DNA of 64,000 bases, taken from the NCBI GenBank assembly GCA_026770705.1, contig JANJGN010000001.1:68510001-68574000 (forward strand), read 5' to 3'. Each line of letters begins with the position of its first letter. The stretch's first letter is position 1. This stretch comes from Isurus oxyrinchus. Taxonomy: Eukaryota. This document shows positions 39,101-51,969 of the stretch, one piece after another. Below the pieces are notes generated by a model. It did no database searches. It saw only the letters and a program-made list of their open reading frames with translations, and was not told the origin of the DNA. Made by a program: the position numbers and the translations under genes.

Positions 39101-42100
39101 GTAGAAATTTTCCAACCACTCAGGAGCACCTGGTGCTGATGTAACTATGATGCAATGTCACATGATAAAAGACTGAGAAGTACAACCTTGTGCAGAGTAA
39201 TGAGATGTGTATATGTAGGTCTGTAAATAAACAAGAATGGTTATTACAGATAACAGTCCATGGTAGCGTTCTTAGAGTAACAGACAAACCCTAAAGAAAC
39301 CCCATCTAGACCTGAACCCAAGACAAAACAGCTATGTACCTATGTGATTCCCACCCTACCCCATGATCATTTCAAACCTACAGCCCATGATCTCCTCACA
39401 ATTTCCTCATGACTTCCCCACCCTGATCCATAATTTTCTGCTGACCCACAATGTCTCCACCATCTCCTCACATCCTACCATCTTCCAATCTCCCGCTGTC
39501 CTTTTCTCCCTTGACTCATGACCTCTTCCCCCACCCCTGACCTATGAACTACTCCCAATCAAGGATGTCTCCCTGACCCACAATCTCCCTCATAATCTCC
39601 GCCTCCCCAACCCACCATCTCCCCCAATCCACAATCTGTATCAAGCTGTTTATTTTTGTCAAGCAGCAGTTAAGTAAAGCATTGGCCCCAGAACATGGTT
39701 AAGGAATGTATGCAACATATTGTGATGATCAGGCTTTTGATATGTGAATCTCTTCAGGATTTTGAAGAATTTGATACTAAAGCAGGAAAGGATTGTGGAA
39801 TGGCCTAAATGCACCTTTTTTTCCTCTAAATGATATTTTATATATAAGCTTTATATATATGTATATATATATATATAGTGCATATCATGCAATTATGTGT
39901 TTTGTCAGAAATGGTTTTCAGTTTAGAGATTTTCTTTCTCCCACCCCTTCCTTTTGCTTTTCAGTTTTTTCCCTTTGCTTTTCAACCTCATATCATTTCC
40001 ATTTCCACTAAGACCCAGGTGGGCAATTGTCTGCTTAGCAATGTCCATGCAGAAAAAAAATTGATCTTTTTCATTTTTCCCAGTCCAGTAACTCACAAAA
40101 TCTGACTTTAGAGACGTAAAGGTAGATAGTGAAGTCTCAGGAGAGTGAGCATCAGGTAGAAGGATCATGCAAGGAATAGGAATGAAGATCAAGCAGAACT
40201 CAAGGACCAGAACACAATTCAGGCAACATTCTGAAGAGGAGTAAGTTGATAGATCAGGAAGACACAGGAGAAAAACAGGCAGGCAAACAGATCGAGAGAC
40301 GAACTGGAATAAAGCTCAGGCAAACATTTTGAATGATTTTCCATTTTTATTTGTTGTGTACTTTCCAGCTACTGAATGTGACAGTGTGCAGCTCTTATAT
40401 TAATGAAATTTTACCCTCTGACCCTCCCTTGGGTGATTTAAAATTCCTCCCCTTTCTCCTGAAAAAAATGTTGTACAGTGGGATCAGCTTTTCTCTCTCA
40501 TCTCCAAAAGAAAACCTTGAAAGTCCTTCCGAGATTGGGAACTTACCATACAAGGAGATTGTCCAACAGAAACTGAGTTCTGTATTTTTAATGGGATTGA
40601 TATGTCTGAATAAGCACTGCAAACTGTGTGGTAGTAATTAATAACTTTATTTTCAGACTAGAATATTTTGCCAAAGAATAACAAACCAACATAAAGGAGG
40701 TCTTGAAGTGTAATTACTACAGTGTGCTTACAGGAGGCCATCTAGTGTTCAGTTAATAACATACAAGTGTCATGCATATCACAAGTGTTTATTAAGAACT
40801 GAAGTATGTTGTGAGAGATAACATCTACCAGCTAAGTGATAATTGTCAAATGTAAAATGCGCAAGATTTCACCTAATGATGTGTAAAACATCATAAAATG
40901 TAAGAAATAAGCTTGTTCTACATAACGTGTTCAAATTCCAATGTTTATTTCATTTTGTCTGTCTGAAAGGAATATTTGCCAAAGTAATACAATATTGCTG
41001 GAAAAGTTGAAAAGCAAATACAAAAACAAATTTAAAATATTTTGACAAGGTATAAACCAGATTGAAATATACAGGTTTCCACCATTAAAATAGTGTAGAG
41101 AAAATATAAACATATTGAACGTTCAAATGATAATATCATTTACTGACATTTCCAGGCTGTTTGTAGTCAATGGGTATGAAATCTAGTCCACAGTCTTACT
41201 CTGTGAGTAGTTGCTAGGCTCGTGTATATTGAATGTCTTGGTTTTAATATGTTAAGATAGTATTTAGTCTTTTTTAAAAAGTCTTATTTCCATTATCATA
41301 ATTGAGTTAAAGCTCAATCGCAACTATAAAACCCAAGGAACATATTTTCCCACTTAGGCAAACAAAATGCCTGCTAGCAGTACATGGTCAACTAGCTTGG
41401 CAGGGGGATGGGAACCAGAGAGGGAATTCAGAGAGAAGAGGAACAAAGCTGGTAATGGTTGGAAGAAAAGTAGCAAGGGAAATTGGAAGGCAGTGGAAAC
41501 AAAAGCCAAGATTAAAATAGGGTCCAAATACAGAAAAATATTAAAAAGGCAAAATTAAAGGCTCTTTGTGAATGCACGTAGCATTTGCCACAAGGTAGAT
41601 GAATTGACGGCGCAAATAGACCTAAACAGGTATGATTTAATTGCCATTAGCCAGATGTGGCTATGAGGTGACCAAGGCTGGGAACTGAATATTCAAGGAT
41701 ATTAGACATTTAGGAAGGATAGGCAAAATGGAAAAGGAAGTGGGTATTACTGTTAATAAAGGATAAGATCAGTACATTAGTGAGAGGGGATTTTAGATCG
41801 GAAGATCAAGATGTAGAATCCATTTGGATGGAGCGAAGGTAAAAATAAAAGGGGAAACAAACATTGGTGGGAGTTCTTTATAGGCCACCAAACAGGGGTA
41901 GCAATGTAGGACACAGTATAAATCAGGAAATTAGGGGTGCATGTAACAAGGGTAATACAGTAATCATGGGGGCCTTCAATCTACATATAGACTGGGTAAA
42001 CTTAACTAGCATTCGTACTGTGGAGGATGAATTTTTGGAACGTATGCGAGATGGTTTTCTAGAACAGTATGTTGAGGAACCAACTAAAGAACGGGCTATT

Positions 42101-43434
42101 TTAGATCTAATATTGTGCAATGAGCAAGGTCTAATTAATAACCATTATAAAGGAGCCTTTACGAAAGAGAAATCATAATATGATAGAATTTTATCTTAAG
42201 TTTGAAAGTAGTTCAGTCCGAAACTAGGGTCTTAAATCTAAACAATGGAAACTATGAAGATATGAAGGGCAGATTGGTTGTGGAACTACAGTAAAGGGTA
42301 TGATGGTAGACAGGCAATGGCTAGCATTTAAAGAATTAATCTATAGTTTACAACAATTTTACATTTCTTTGAGGCACAAAAAGCCAACAGAAAAACTGAA
42401 CAAACCATGGTTAACGAGAACCTAAAGATTGTATTAGATCAAAGAAAGAGGCTTCTAAAAGTTGCCAAAAAATGCATAGTAAATCTGAGGATTGGGAGCA
42501 TTTTAGTATTCTGCCAAGGATGAAGAAAGGGAAAATAGAATATGAAAGTAATCTACCGAGAAACATACAAATGGACTGCAAAAGTCTCTATAAATATGTA
42601 AATAGGAAAAATTAGCAAAGACAAATGTGCCCAATACAGGCAGAGACAGGAGACTTCATAATGGGGAATAAGAAATTGGCAGAGAAATGAAACAAATACT
42701 TTTGTGTGCGTTTTCATGGAGGAAGATACAAAAAACCTCCCAGAAATGCTTGAGAACCAAGGGCCTAGCGAGAAAAAGGAACTGAAAGAAGTTAGTATCA
42801 GTTAAGAAGTAGCACTAGAGAAATTAATGGGATTGAAAGTTGATAAATCCCCTAGACCTAATGATCTACATACCAAAGTATTGAAAGAAGTGACTGTAGA
42901 GATGGTGGAAGCATTCGTGGTTATCTTCCAAAATTCTATAGATTCTGGAACTGTTCCTGCAGAATGCTACCTCATTATTAAGGAAAGGAGGGAGAGAGAA
43001 AACGGGGAGCTACATACAAACCTGTTAGCCTGACATCAGCCTGGAATCTATTACAAAGCGTGTGATAACTGGACACTTAGAAAATAATGATAGGATTGGG
43101 TATAGTCAACATTGATTTATGAAAGTGAAATCATGTTCAACAAACCAGTTATGCATGTATAGTGGCAGAATGGATGTGGTGTATTTGGATTGTCAGAAAG
43201 CTTTCAAAAAGGTCCCACATAAGAGTTAGAACACAAAATTAGAGCATGTGGGATTGGGAGAAACATACTGTCATGGTTTGGAAGTTGGTTAACGGACAGA
43301 AAATGAGAGTAGGAATAAATGGGTCATTCCCAGGTTAGCAGGCTGTTACTAGTGGGGTACTGCAAGTATCAGTGCTTGGACTCCAGCTATTCACAATGGA
43401 TATTAGTGATTTGGATGTAGGGACCAAATGTAAT

Positions 43435-44109
43435 GGGCAGAATTTTGCCCTTGATGGGTGGGCCGCCGAACTCCGCCACCGAAGCGGGCCCCGCCGCCAT
43501 TTTAAGTGGGCGGGCCAATCAAGACCTGCCCAGCAGTCTACCTGACGGAAAGCACTATGTGCTTCCTGTGCAGGGGGAGGGATTCCCCAATTGTCAAAGT
43601 GTGCTCTTTCGCGCATGCACGCAAAAGAGCGCACTGCTCCCTGAGACTAAGTGCTGTCTCACGGATATCACTGACAGTGCTTCAAAGTTTAAAAATAGAA
43701 TAAAAAAAATATTAACATGTCCTCCTCATGTGACAATGTCACACGAGATGGGACAAGATAATACATCTCACACAAAGTTTATTAAAGATTTTTAAAACGG
43801 ACATGAAACCTCATCCCGCCAGTGGATGAGGTTTCATGTTTTATCAGAAGCCCGCTGGGGCTCTTGGCCTGCCCGCCAGCCTTAAGGTTGTGCGGGCAGG
43901 GACTTTAATTGGGTTAATGATCATGTCAATGGCCTCAATTGGCCATTGACAGGTCGGCGGGCAGACAGCTGATTTCCCTGTCCGCCCGCCTGCCGGAATA
44001 TTTAAATGGACTGGGATGACATCGGGGGTTCCTCCCGACATCATCCCACATCATTTTCCCGTCGGCGAGTGGGCCCCGCCCCCAAATTGCCGATGGGAAA
44101 ATTCTGGCC
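43435..44109. mobile_element. PIF/Harbinger-type MITE nested in CR1
   Basis: TIR gggcagaatttt / aaaattctggcc with 3-bp TSD aat; removing it restores the CR1 sequence aaatgtaatatttccaag. Confidence 0.88.
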
Positions 44110-44634
44110 AATATTTCCAAGTTTACTGCTGATACAAAACTAGGTGAGAATGTGAGTTGTGAGGAGGATGCTAGAGGCATCAATGGGTTTTAGACGGGCT
44201 AAATGAGTGGACAGATGGAATGTAATGTGGAAAAATGTGATATTATCCACAATAACGGGAAAACGGAAAGGCAGAGTGTTTCTTAAATGGTGAGAGATTG
44301 GGAAGTGTGGATGTCAAAAGGGACCTGGATGCCCTTGTTCATGAGTCACTGAAAGCTACCTTGTAGGTGCAGCAAGCAATTGCGAAGGCAAATGGTATGT
44401 AGGCCCTTATTGCAAGAAAATTGCAGGACAGGAGTAAAGATGTCTTGCTGCAGTTGCATAGAGCCTTGGTGAGACCGCACCTAGAATATTGTGCACAGTT
44501 TTGGTCTCCTTACCTAAGGAAGGATATATTTGCCATAGAGGGAGTGCTTTGAAAGTTCACCAGACTTAATTCCTGAGATGGCAGGATTGCCCTATGAGGA
44601 GAGATTGAGGAGACTAGGCCTGTATTCTTTAGAA

Positions 44635-45813
44635 CAGGCTTGTCCAACTTTTCACTTGAAGGGCCACATTTCCATTTTCTTCTCACTCAAGGGGCTGATA
44701 AGCAAATTTCAGAAAGATAAGGCTTGGCACAGCATTAAACATTAATTTCAAAATTAAGTTACAGTATGAGGAAAAGAAAGAACTTGCTGAGCAAAAATAA
44801 AGCAATGTCAAAGCAAAAAATTGATAATTAATAAAGATCAACATTAGAGTGTGAGAGGGACAGAGTCTGTTTGTCTGCTCACTCATTCACCCTCACCCAC
44901 CTTGTGAGTTGGTGTGATTGTGTGTTGGTTTGTGAGGATTAGTGGGAATCCTGAGACTACAATTGAGGTAGACACACAGACACTCATTCCCACACGTGCA
45001 CACAAACTCACACACTCACTCGTTCTCTCTCCCACAATCACTCACACTCTCTCCCACAGTCATTCACTCACTCACTCTCCCATACTCACTCTCTCTCCCA
45101 CATGCCTGGGCAGCAAGTCTTTTCCCTCCCCAGCCTGGCCTGGCACAAAGCAATTCTCTCCTGGCACGGCCTGGCCCGGGATGGGGCGAGTTTTTCCCAG
45201 CCCAGCAATGAGTAAGCCTCTCTTGGCCTGGCACAAACAAGTCCCTTCTGGGCCGGCATGGAGCAAGTCTCTTCTGGCCCAATCTGGCATGACACTGGTG
45301 CCAGTCTCTTCCGGCCTGACACTGGAGCGAGTCTCTTCCGGCCTGACACTGGAGTGAGTCTCTCCTGGCCCGGCACTGGAGCGTGTCTCTCCCGGCCCGG
45401 CACTGGAGCGAGTCTCTCCTGGCCCGGCACTGGAGCGAGTCTTTCCTGGCCCGGCACTGGAGTGGGTCTCTCCTGGCCCTGCACTGGAGTGGGTCTCTCC
45501 TGGCCCGGCACTGGAGTGGATCTCTCCCGGCCCAATCCAGCACGGCACTTGTGCCGTCTCTCCCGGCCCGGCATGATGCGAGCCCCTCCCGGTCCCCTTC
45601 CCCAAAGCCCATCCGCTGCCACCAGTGTTACCGCTCCTCCAATCACAGACTACTTCTCTCCCACATTTGTGCCATCAGCAGCAAACACTGGAGATGAACA
45701 GCCTGTGATTGGAGGAGGTGTTTTTTTCAGAATCTTCTACTGCAGTTAGCATTTTGACAACTGCCTCTGGAGGCCACATTGCGGCGCTTCAGGCTACCTG
45801 TTGGACAAGCCTG
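44635..45813. mobile_element. Non-autonomous hAT (Charlie/Buster-like) element nested in CR1
   Basis: Perfect 14-bp TIR caggcttgtccaac / gttggacaagcctg; 8-bp TSD ctttagaa / ctctagag with central TA; CR1 coding sequence resumes on both sides. Confidence 0.88.
45290..45572. repeat. GC-rich 27-bp minisatellite (about 9-10 units)
   Basis: Unit ctggagcgagtctctcctggcccggca; 9-aa periodicity in overlapping ORFs (LQCRARRDS). Confidence 0.92.
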
Positions 45814-46926
45814 CTCTAGAGTTTAGAATAATGGGAAATGATCTCATTGAAACATACAAATTTCTTACAGGGCTGGAGAGTGTAGATGCAGGAAGGATGT
45901 TTCCCCAGGGTGGGGAGTCTAGAACCAGGGGATACAGTCTCAGAATAAGGGGCAGGCAATTTAGGACTGAGGTGAGGAGGAATTTCTTCACACAGAGGGT
46001 GGTGAATTTTTGGCATTCTCTACCCCAAAGGGCTGTGGAGGTTCAGTCATTAAGTATGTTCAAGCCAAAGATCGAAAGATTTCTATATATTAATGACATC
46101 AAGGATTATGGGGATGGTGCGGAAAAATGTTGTTGAGTTAGAAGATCAGCCATGATCTAGTTGAATGGCAGAGCAAGCTCGAAGGGGCGAATGGCCTATT
46201 TCTGCTCTTATTACCTATGTTCAGACTGAAGTTTTGGCATTCTGAGTTATAAAACAGTGTCACTTCAGGAAATACACTGTTAAATATAAAATGAACATCA
46301 GCTGCAAAATCCATACCTTAAAGGAGACAGTTTGAGGTTTAGAAATATACTAGATTTAAACAGCACTAATGACTCCTCTCTCCACTCATCCATAAACAGA
46401 AAGGTGTTTTGATTTGTCTCCCTCTTCGTAAATGATGGCATCTCTCCCAACCCCTTGGCATTTGTGGGATCCAATTTTTTATTAATAACCCCATTGCAAA
46501 CTCGAGATAGGATGAACTAAAAGAGTTAGCTTATTGCACACGTTCAAACTGTGAAAGGAGTGTCCCAATGACACCTCCACACTTAGACAATAAAGAGAGG
46601 GATAGAGAAAAGAAAGCTTTACAGTACGGAGACCACAGAAAAACTAAATATTTGTTTCATGGGAGTTCCAGAGTCCAGAATTAAAGTCCAATGAGTTATT
46701 CCTTTACGGATGTTGGTTGGCTGAAAACTGATGTTGCATAATTCATTTTTCCAGTGGTGTTGACTTCACACAATGAGATAGGCATGCAGAGGTAAGTCAA
46801 TCTTGTAAGTGATGGTACAGAACTTCGTCAGAAGCAGGGTAGATGGGGCCAGGTGCCCAACCCTGGGCCAGAGCTTCTTTGGTGTGGCCTGGTAGCCAGA
46901 TGTTAAACAGCAGTCTGAGCTATGCA

Positions 46927-49211
46927 AAACAAAAACAAAAACAGAATTACCTAGAAAAAGTCAGCAGGTCTGGCAGCGTCGGCGGAGAAGAAAAGAGTTG
47001 ACCTTTCAAGTCCTCATGACCCTTCAACAGAACTAGGTGAATCCAANNNNNNNNNNNNNNNNNNNNNNNNNNNNNNNNNNNNNNNNNNNNNNNNNNNNNN
47101 NNNNNNNNNNNNNNNNNNNNNNNNNNNNNNNNNNNNNNNNNNNNNNNNNNNNNNNNNNNNNNNNNNNNNNNNNNNNNNNNNNNNNNNAAGCAGATCATCA
47201 AAAGATGTCACAGACAACAGAACAAAAGAACACAGAGGTGTTGAAGTTGGTGATATTATCTAAACGAATGTGCTAATTAAGAATGGATGGTAGGGCACTC
47301 AAGGTATAGCTCTAGTGGGGGTGGGGGGGGGCATAAAAGATTTAAAAATATTTAAAAATAATGGAAATAGGTGGGAAAAGAAAAATCTATACAATTTATT
47401 GGAAAAAACAAAAGGAAGGGGGAAGAAACAGAAAGGGGGTGGAGATGGAGGAGGGAGCTCAAGACCTAAAGTTGTTGAATTCAATATTCAGTCCGGAAGG
47501 CTGTAAAGTGCCTAGTCGGAAGATGAGGTGTTGTTCCTCCAGTTTGCGTTGAGCTTCACTGGAACAATGCAGCAAGCCAAGGACAGACATGTGGGCAAGA
47601 GAGCAGGGTGGAGTGTTAAAATGGCAAGCGACAGGGAGGTTTGGGTCATTCTTGCGGACAGACCGCAGGTGTTCTGCAAAGTGGTTGCCCAGTTTACGTT
47701 TGGTCTCTCCAATGTAGAGGAGACCGCATTGGGAGCAACGAATGCAGTAGACTAAGTTGGGGGAAATGCAAGTGAAATGCTGCTTCACTTGAAAGGAGTG
47801 TTTGGGCCCTTGGACGGTGAGGAGAGAGGAAGTGAAGGGCCAGGTGTTACATCTTTTGTGTGGGTATGGGGTGGTGCCGTAGGAGGGGGTTGAGGAGTAG
47901 CGGGTGATGGAGGTGGACCAGGGTGTCCCGGAGGGAGCGATCCCTATTGAATGCCGACAGGGGGGGTGAAGGGAAGATGTGTTTGGTGGTGGCATCATGC
48001 TGGAGTTGGCGGAAATGGCGGAGGATGATCCTTTGAATGCGGAGGCTGGTGAGGTGATAAGTGAGGACAAGGGGGACCCTATCATGTTTCTGGGAGGGAG
48101 GAGAAGGCGTGAGGGTGGATGCGTGGGAGATGGGCCGGACATGGTTGAGGGCCCTGTCAATGACCGTGTGTGGAAAACCTCGGTTAAAGAAGAAGGACAT
48201 GTCAGAGGAACTGTTTTTGAAGGTAGCATCATCAGAACAGATGCGACGGAGGCGAAGGAACTGAGAGAATGGGATGGAGTCCTTCCAGGAAGCTGGGTGT
48301 GAGGAGCTGTAGTCGAGGTAGCTGTGGGAGTCGATAGGTTTGTAATGGATATTGGTGGACAGTCTATCACCAGAGATTGAGAGAGAGAGGTCAAGGAAGG
48401 GAAGGGAAATGTCAGAGATGGACCACGTGAAAATGATGGAGGGGTGGAGATTGGAAGCAAAATTAATCAATTTTTCCAAGTCCTGACGAGAGCATGAAGC
48501 AGCACCGAAGTAATCTTCGATGTACCGGAGAAAGAGTTGTGGAAGGGGGCCGGAGTAGGACTGGAACAAGGAATTCCACATACCCCATAAAGAGACAGGC
48601 ATAGCTGGGGCCCATGCGGGTACCCATAGCCACACCTTTTATTTGGAGGAAGTGAGAGGAGTTGAAGGAGAAATTGTTCAGTGTGAAAACAAGTTCAGCC
48701 AGATGGAGGAGAGTAGTGGTGGATGGGAATTGTTCGGGCCTCTTTTCGAGGAAGAAGCTAAGGGCCCTCAGACCATCCTGGTGGGGGATGGAGATGTAGA
48801 GGGATTGGATGTCCATGGTGAAGAGGAAGTGGTTGGGGCCAGGGAACTGGAAATTGTTGATGTGACGTAAGGTGTCAGAGGAATCATGGATGTAGGTGGG
48901 AAGGGACTGGACAAGGGGAGAGAGAAGGGAGTCAAGATAACGAGAAATGAGTTCTGTGGGGCAGGAGCAAGCTGAGACGATCGGTCTACCGGGACAGTTC
49001 TGTTTGTGGATTTTGGGTAGGAGGTAGAAGCGGGCCGTCCAAGGTTGGGCGACTATCAGGTTGGAAGCTGTGGGAGGAAGATCCTCAGAGGAGATGAGGT
49101 CAGTGACAGTCGTGGAAACAATGGCTTGATGTTCAGTGGTGGGGTCATGGTCCAGGGAGAGGTAGGAGGAAGTGTCTGTGAGTTGACGCTCAGCCTCCGC
49201 GAGGTAGAGGT
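46927..49211 (-). mobile_element. Penelope-like element (RT + GIY-YIG), relatively young
   Basis: ORFs 48463..49236, 47847..48635 and 47459..48460 give RT and GIY-YIG with few frameshifts; 16-bp TSD cagtctgagctatgca at 46911-46926 and 49212-49227. Confidence 0.93.
47047..47187. other. Assembly gap (141 N)
   Basis: Run of N inside the Penelope 3' region; the sibling copy has (CT)n/(CA)n microsatellites at the equivalent position (8421-8461). Confidence 0.99.
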
Positions 49212-50126
49212 CAGTCTGAGCTATGCAGTTCAGCAAGGCATAATTAACTTGTTCAACAAGTCAGAGGCTTGGGTCATGTGACATTGCCTCACCGTAAGAT
49301 GTTCAACAAAAGATGTTTATCCAAGGTCTAGAATTCGACTTGGTCTTCAGGACTGCCACTATGGGTGAAAAGGGAACTTGAGAGGCCATTGTCTTAGTAG
49401 ACGTTCTGTCTCTGTTGGCAAGCCTGGGTTATCAAATACAAAAGGCCTTTGACGTAGCTTCCTTTGAAGTTGAGCTTTGCAGTCCCCCGGTGATCGTTGG
49501 TCACTCCTCAGAGATAATGAGGTATGAGATTTCCAAAACTGCCAATTGGTTTCTTTTGTTCTGGGGTCACAGACAAACACAGTTTGGGCCATTTCAAAGG
49601 CCTTTGTTCAGCTTCAAAAATTTTAGAAATAGCAATGAGCCCATCTATATATCATATATATATTTCATTAAAATATACAGCGAGGTTTTAGTCCCTCACA
49701 TACCAAACATTACACCAATAATTCCACCAGATGTTTCCAAATCATGATATTTCCATCTGAAATTATTTTAAATATATTTTGTTTACATTTTGCAAACACT
49801 TAGAGAAACAGCAGAAGAGAATGGAATACCTGTTACTATGACACAGCTGATGGTATATGCTGAACTGTTCAAATCCCAGACGCAAACTTGAAACAACTCT
49901 CATAACCGACTTTTGCAATTTGTATGTTTCAAGATGCAGGCTTTGAATTCAGTTATAATAAGACCACCAAGTCTCAAGAGGTTTTTTTAAAACTAAGTTA
50001 ATCATTTAATACTTAAAAAATGGCAAGCACATATGACTTCAAATTACTACTATAATAGCTTCTAAAAAAACCCTAATTAATCTGACTCTCAGTTACACCT
50101 CTGTTAAGGCAACAGTAAAACACATA

Positions 50127-50749
50127 TGGCAAAATTCTTAGTTCGGTGGACAGGCGTGTGCCCTGCCTTCTCAAGCGTAAAATAGCACACGTTGACGTCA
50201 GGCAAGCATTTCGATGTCAACGCGCAGTCGCGTGATATTTCAGTCAGTGGGCACACGCCAGAGTCGAAAGCATGCCCACCGACAATTAAAAGTCCTGTTA
50301 AGGCCATTAACGCTATTAGAAGTTTTTCGTTGCCCATCCAACCTTGCGGTTGACAGGCAGGCGAAAAGGCCAAGCGGCCTTTGCACTTTTTAGGAAACCG
50401 GGATGAGGTTTCCTAAGACAAATAAAAAGTTTTAAAATTTAATTAATAACATGTCTCTGTCCATGTAGGAGACATGTTTTATTACATTTTTCAATTCTTT
50501 ACCTTTTTTTTCCAAAATGCTTCACCTCCATGAGGCAGCATTGTGCCTCAGGGAAATTCTGAAGCTTGCGCGTGCACAAAGTTTGCACTCGCTCTGCTCA
50601 ACCTCCTCTCCCCTCCTACCCCATCCCCCCATCCCGCTTGTGTTTCACGAAGGCCTGCCAGCATGAAATCACCTTCCGGCCTTGATTGCCAGGCGACGGG
50701 CGGCTTCCCAACTGCCCCCACTGAGCCCGAAAAGGACTAAATTCTGCCC
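50127..50749. mobile_element. Harbinger-type MITE (inverted relative to 43435-44109)
   Basis: Termini tggcaaaattc / aaattctgccc, 3-bp flanks ata; internal sequence is the reverse complement of the 38428 and 43435 copies. Confidence 0.75.
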
Positions 50750-51328
50750 ATAGATTTAAACAGACTACTGGCAAAGCACACTCTGGACAGTCACATTCAA
50801 AATAAGTTTCTTTCAGCTCTGAGTTCTTACAGACAGTGGTTTGAGGCTGACAGGCTAGAGGCTTTAGATGTTAGAATCCCTGTCCTTTTGCCACCAGCCT
50901 TCTCTTCCTTTATAGGTTTTTTGAACTTTACCTCTTCTAACGATAAAACCCTTTCATAGCTCCAATTTTTTATTAGTAAACTTTCAAAAAAATAAACATA
51001 TTGTTCGGCTTCTTCTGGCTAGATGTAATATTTTACCCATTCTTTTGAATGGTTTATTTTAAAAATTCAAATTTCACCCTTTACACTTCACCTTCTAACT
51101 TCCCTATGTTTACCTAATTAACATTTCAAACCTACTTCTCTTCCAAACATCAAAGCCTCTAGACCATCTGTCTTTAATCCAATTAAGGCACACACACACA
51201 CCACTAGACCTCCATTTTAAAATAATTTCCAATAACACTATAGATATCTTCTTGACGGTAATTTGTTTTATAGGTCGAATTCCTCATTGTAATTGGGAAG
51301 AAACAGTAATGATTATTTCTTGTTCCAG

Positions 51329-51393
51329 GTCTGTGACAGGAGTTGACAGTGACCCTGATTTGGTTCACATGGAAATTCAAGACAACAGTGGAG
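51329..51393 (+). CDS. SORCS2: SORCS2-like internal coding exon (65 bp, phase 2-1)
   Basis: ttccag|GTCTGTG...GTGGAG|gtaaag. Completes the TG|G Trp codon, then SVTGVDSDPDLVHMEIQDNSG. Confidence 0.92.
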
Positions 51394-51969
51394 GTAAAGA
51401 TTGGCCAATGATACCCTGTTTATGATACCTGTGGTAAACCTGCATGCTGTATAGTGTACTGGTGATATGTTGTATTCAAAGCGACAGAGACATGATAGTT
51501 ACAAGTGATGTGCTATAACTATGTGGTTGAGCTGAATCAGTGATCAATGGGAGTATAAAATGAGTGATAGCAGATTGGCTGTAATTATAGACCTCACCTT
51601 TTTTTTTGAGAAACTCCACTTTATTGGAGAGCGGTAGGGTTACAGCCTTAAAGTTACACCATAAATATTAGAGTAAAATATTATATTTAGAATTTGAGCT
51701 CGATAGGCCAAATGGTGGCCTCCTGTGCCACAATGACTTCATTAATGCATTTGTATACAAGTATGCTGGCTGCTATTTTAATGAAGCTGTTAATTATTAT
51801 GTGTCTGCGTGCTAATATTCAGTCAGCTCAATTTCAAGATCTTTATTGGTTTGTGCAATATTCAGCATAATGTTTTGTAAAATAAACTTTTCTGGAACAG
51901 GTTTATTATTTGGAATACTAGCAAGCTACAGGTTTCTCCATCTTTATTCTTTCAATTATCTCAAACAAT

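Larger units (their letters stand above)
41370..46222 (+). mobile_element. Near full-length CR1 ORF2 (APE+RT), decayed, carrying two nested DNA transposons
   Basis: NARSI..KVDEL, GVLYRPPN, ILDLILCN, KSPRPND, QVSVLG.QLF, RPHLEYC.QFWSP, RRNFFTQRVVN; tail gaatggcctatttctgctcttat. Confidence 0.92.

Noticed and set aside
45290-45572. CRISPR-like array
   Set aside because: Contiguous tandem units without unique spacers, in a eukaryotic context.
44914-45749. Long overlapping ORFs of 147-186 aa with 9-aa repeats
   Set aside because: Artefact of a stop-free 27-bp minisatellite inside a hAT element.
46927-49211. Intact active Penelope ORF
   Set aside because: 5'-truncated, with at least two frameshifts and YIDD changed to YIED.
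49831-51257. Solo LTR interrupted by a MITE
   Set aside because: The tgtta...tgac ends are suggestive, but there is no TSD or second copy to support it.
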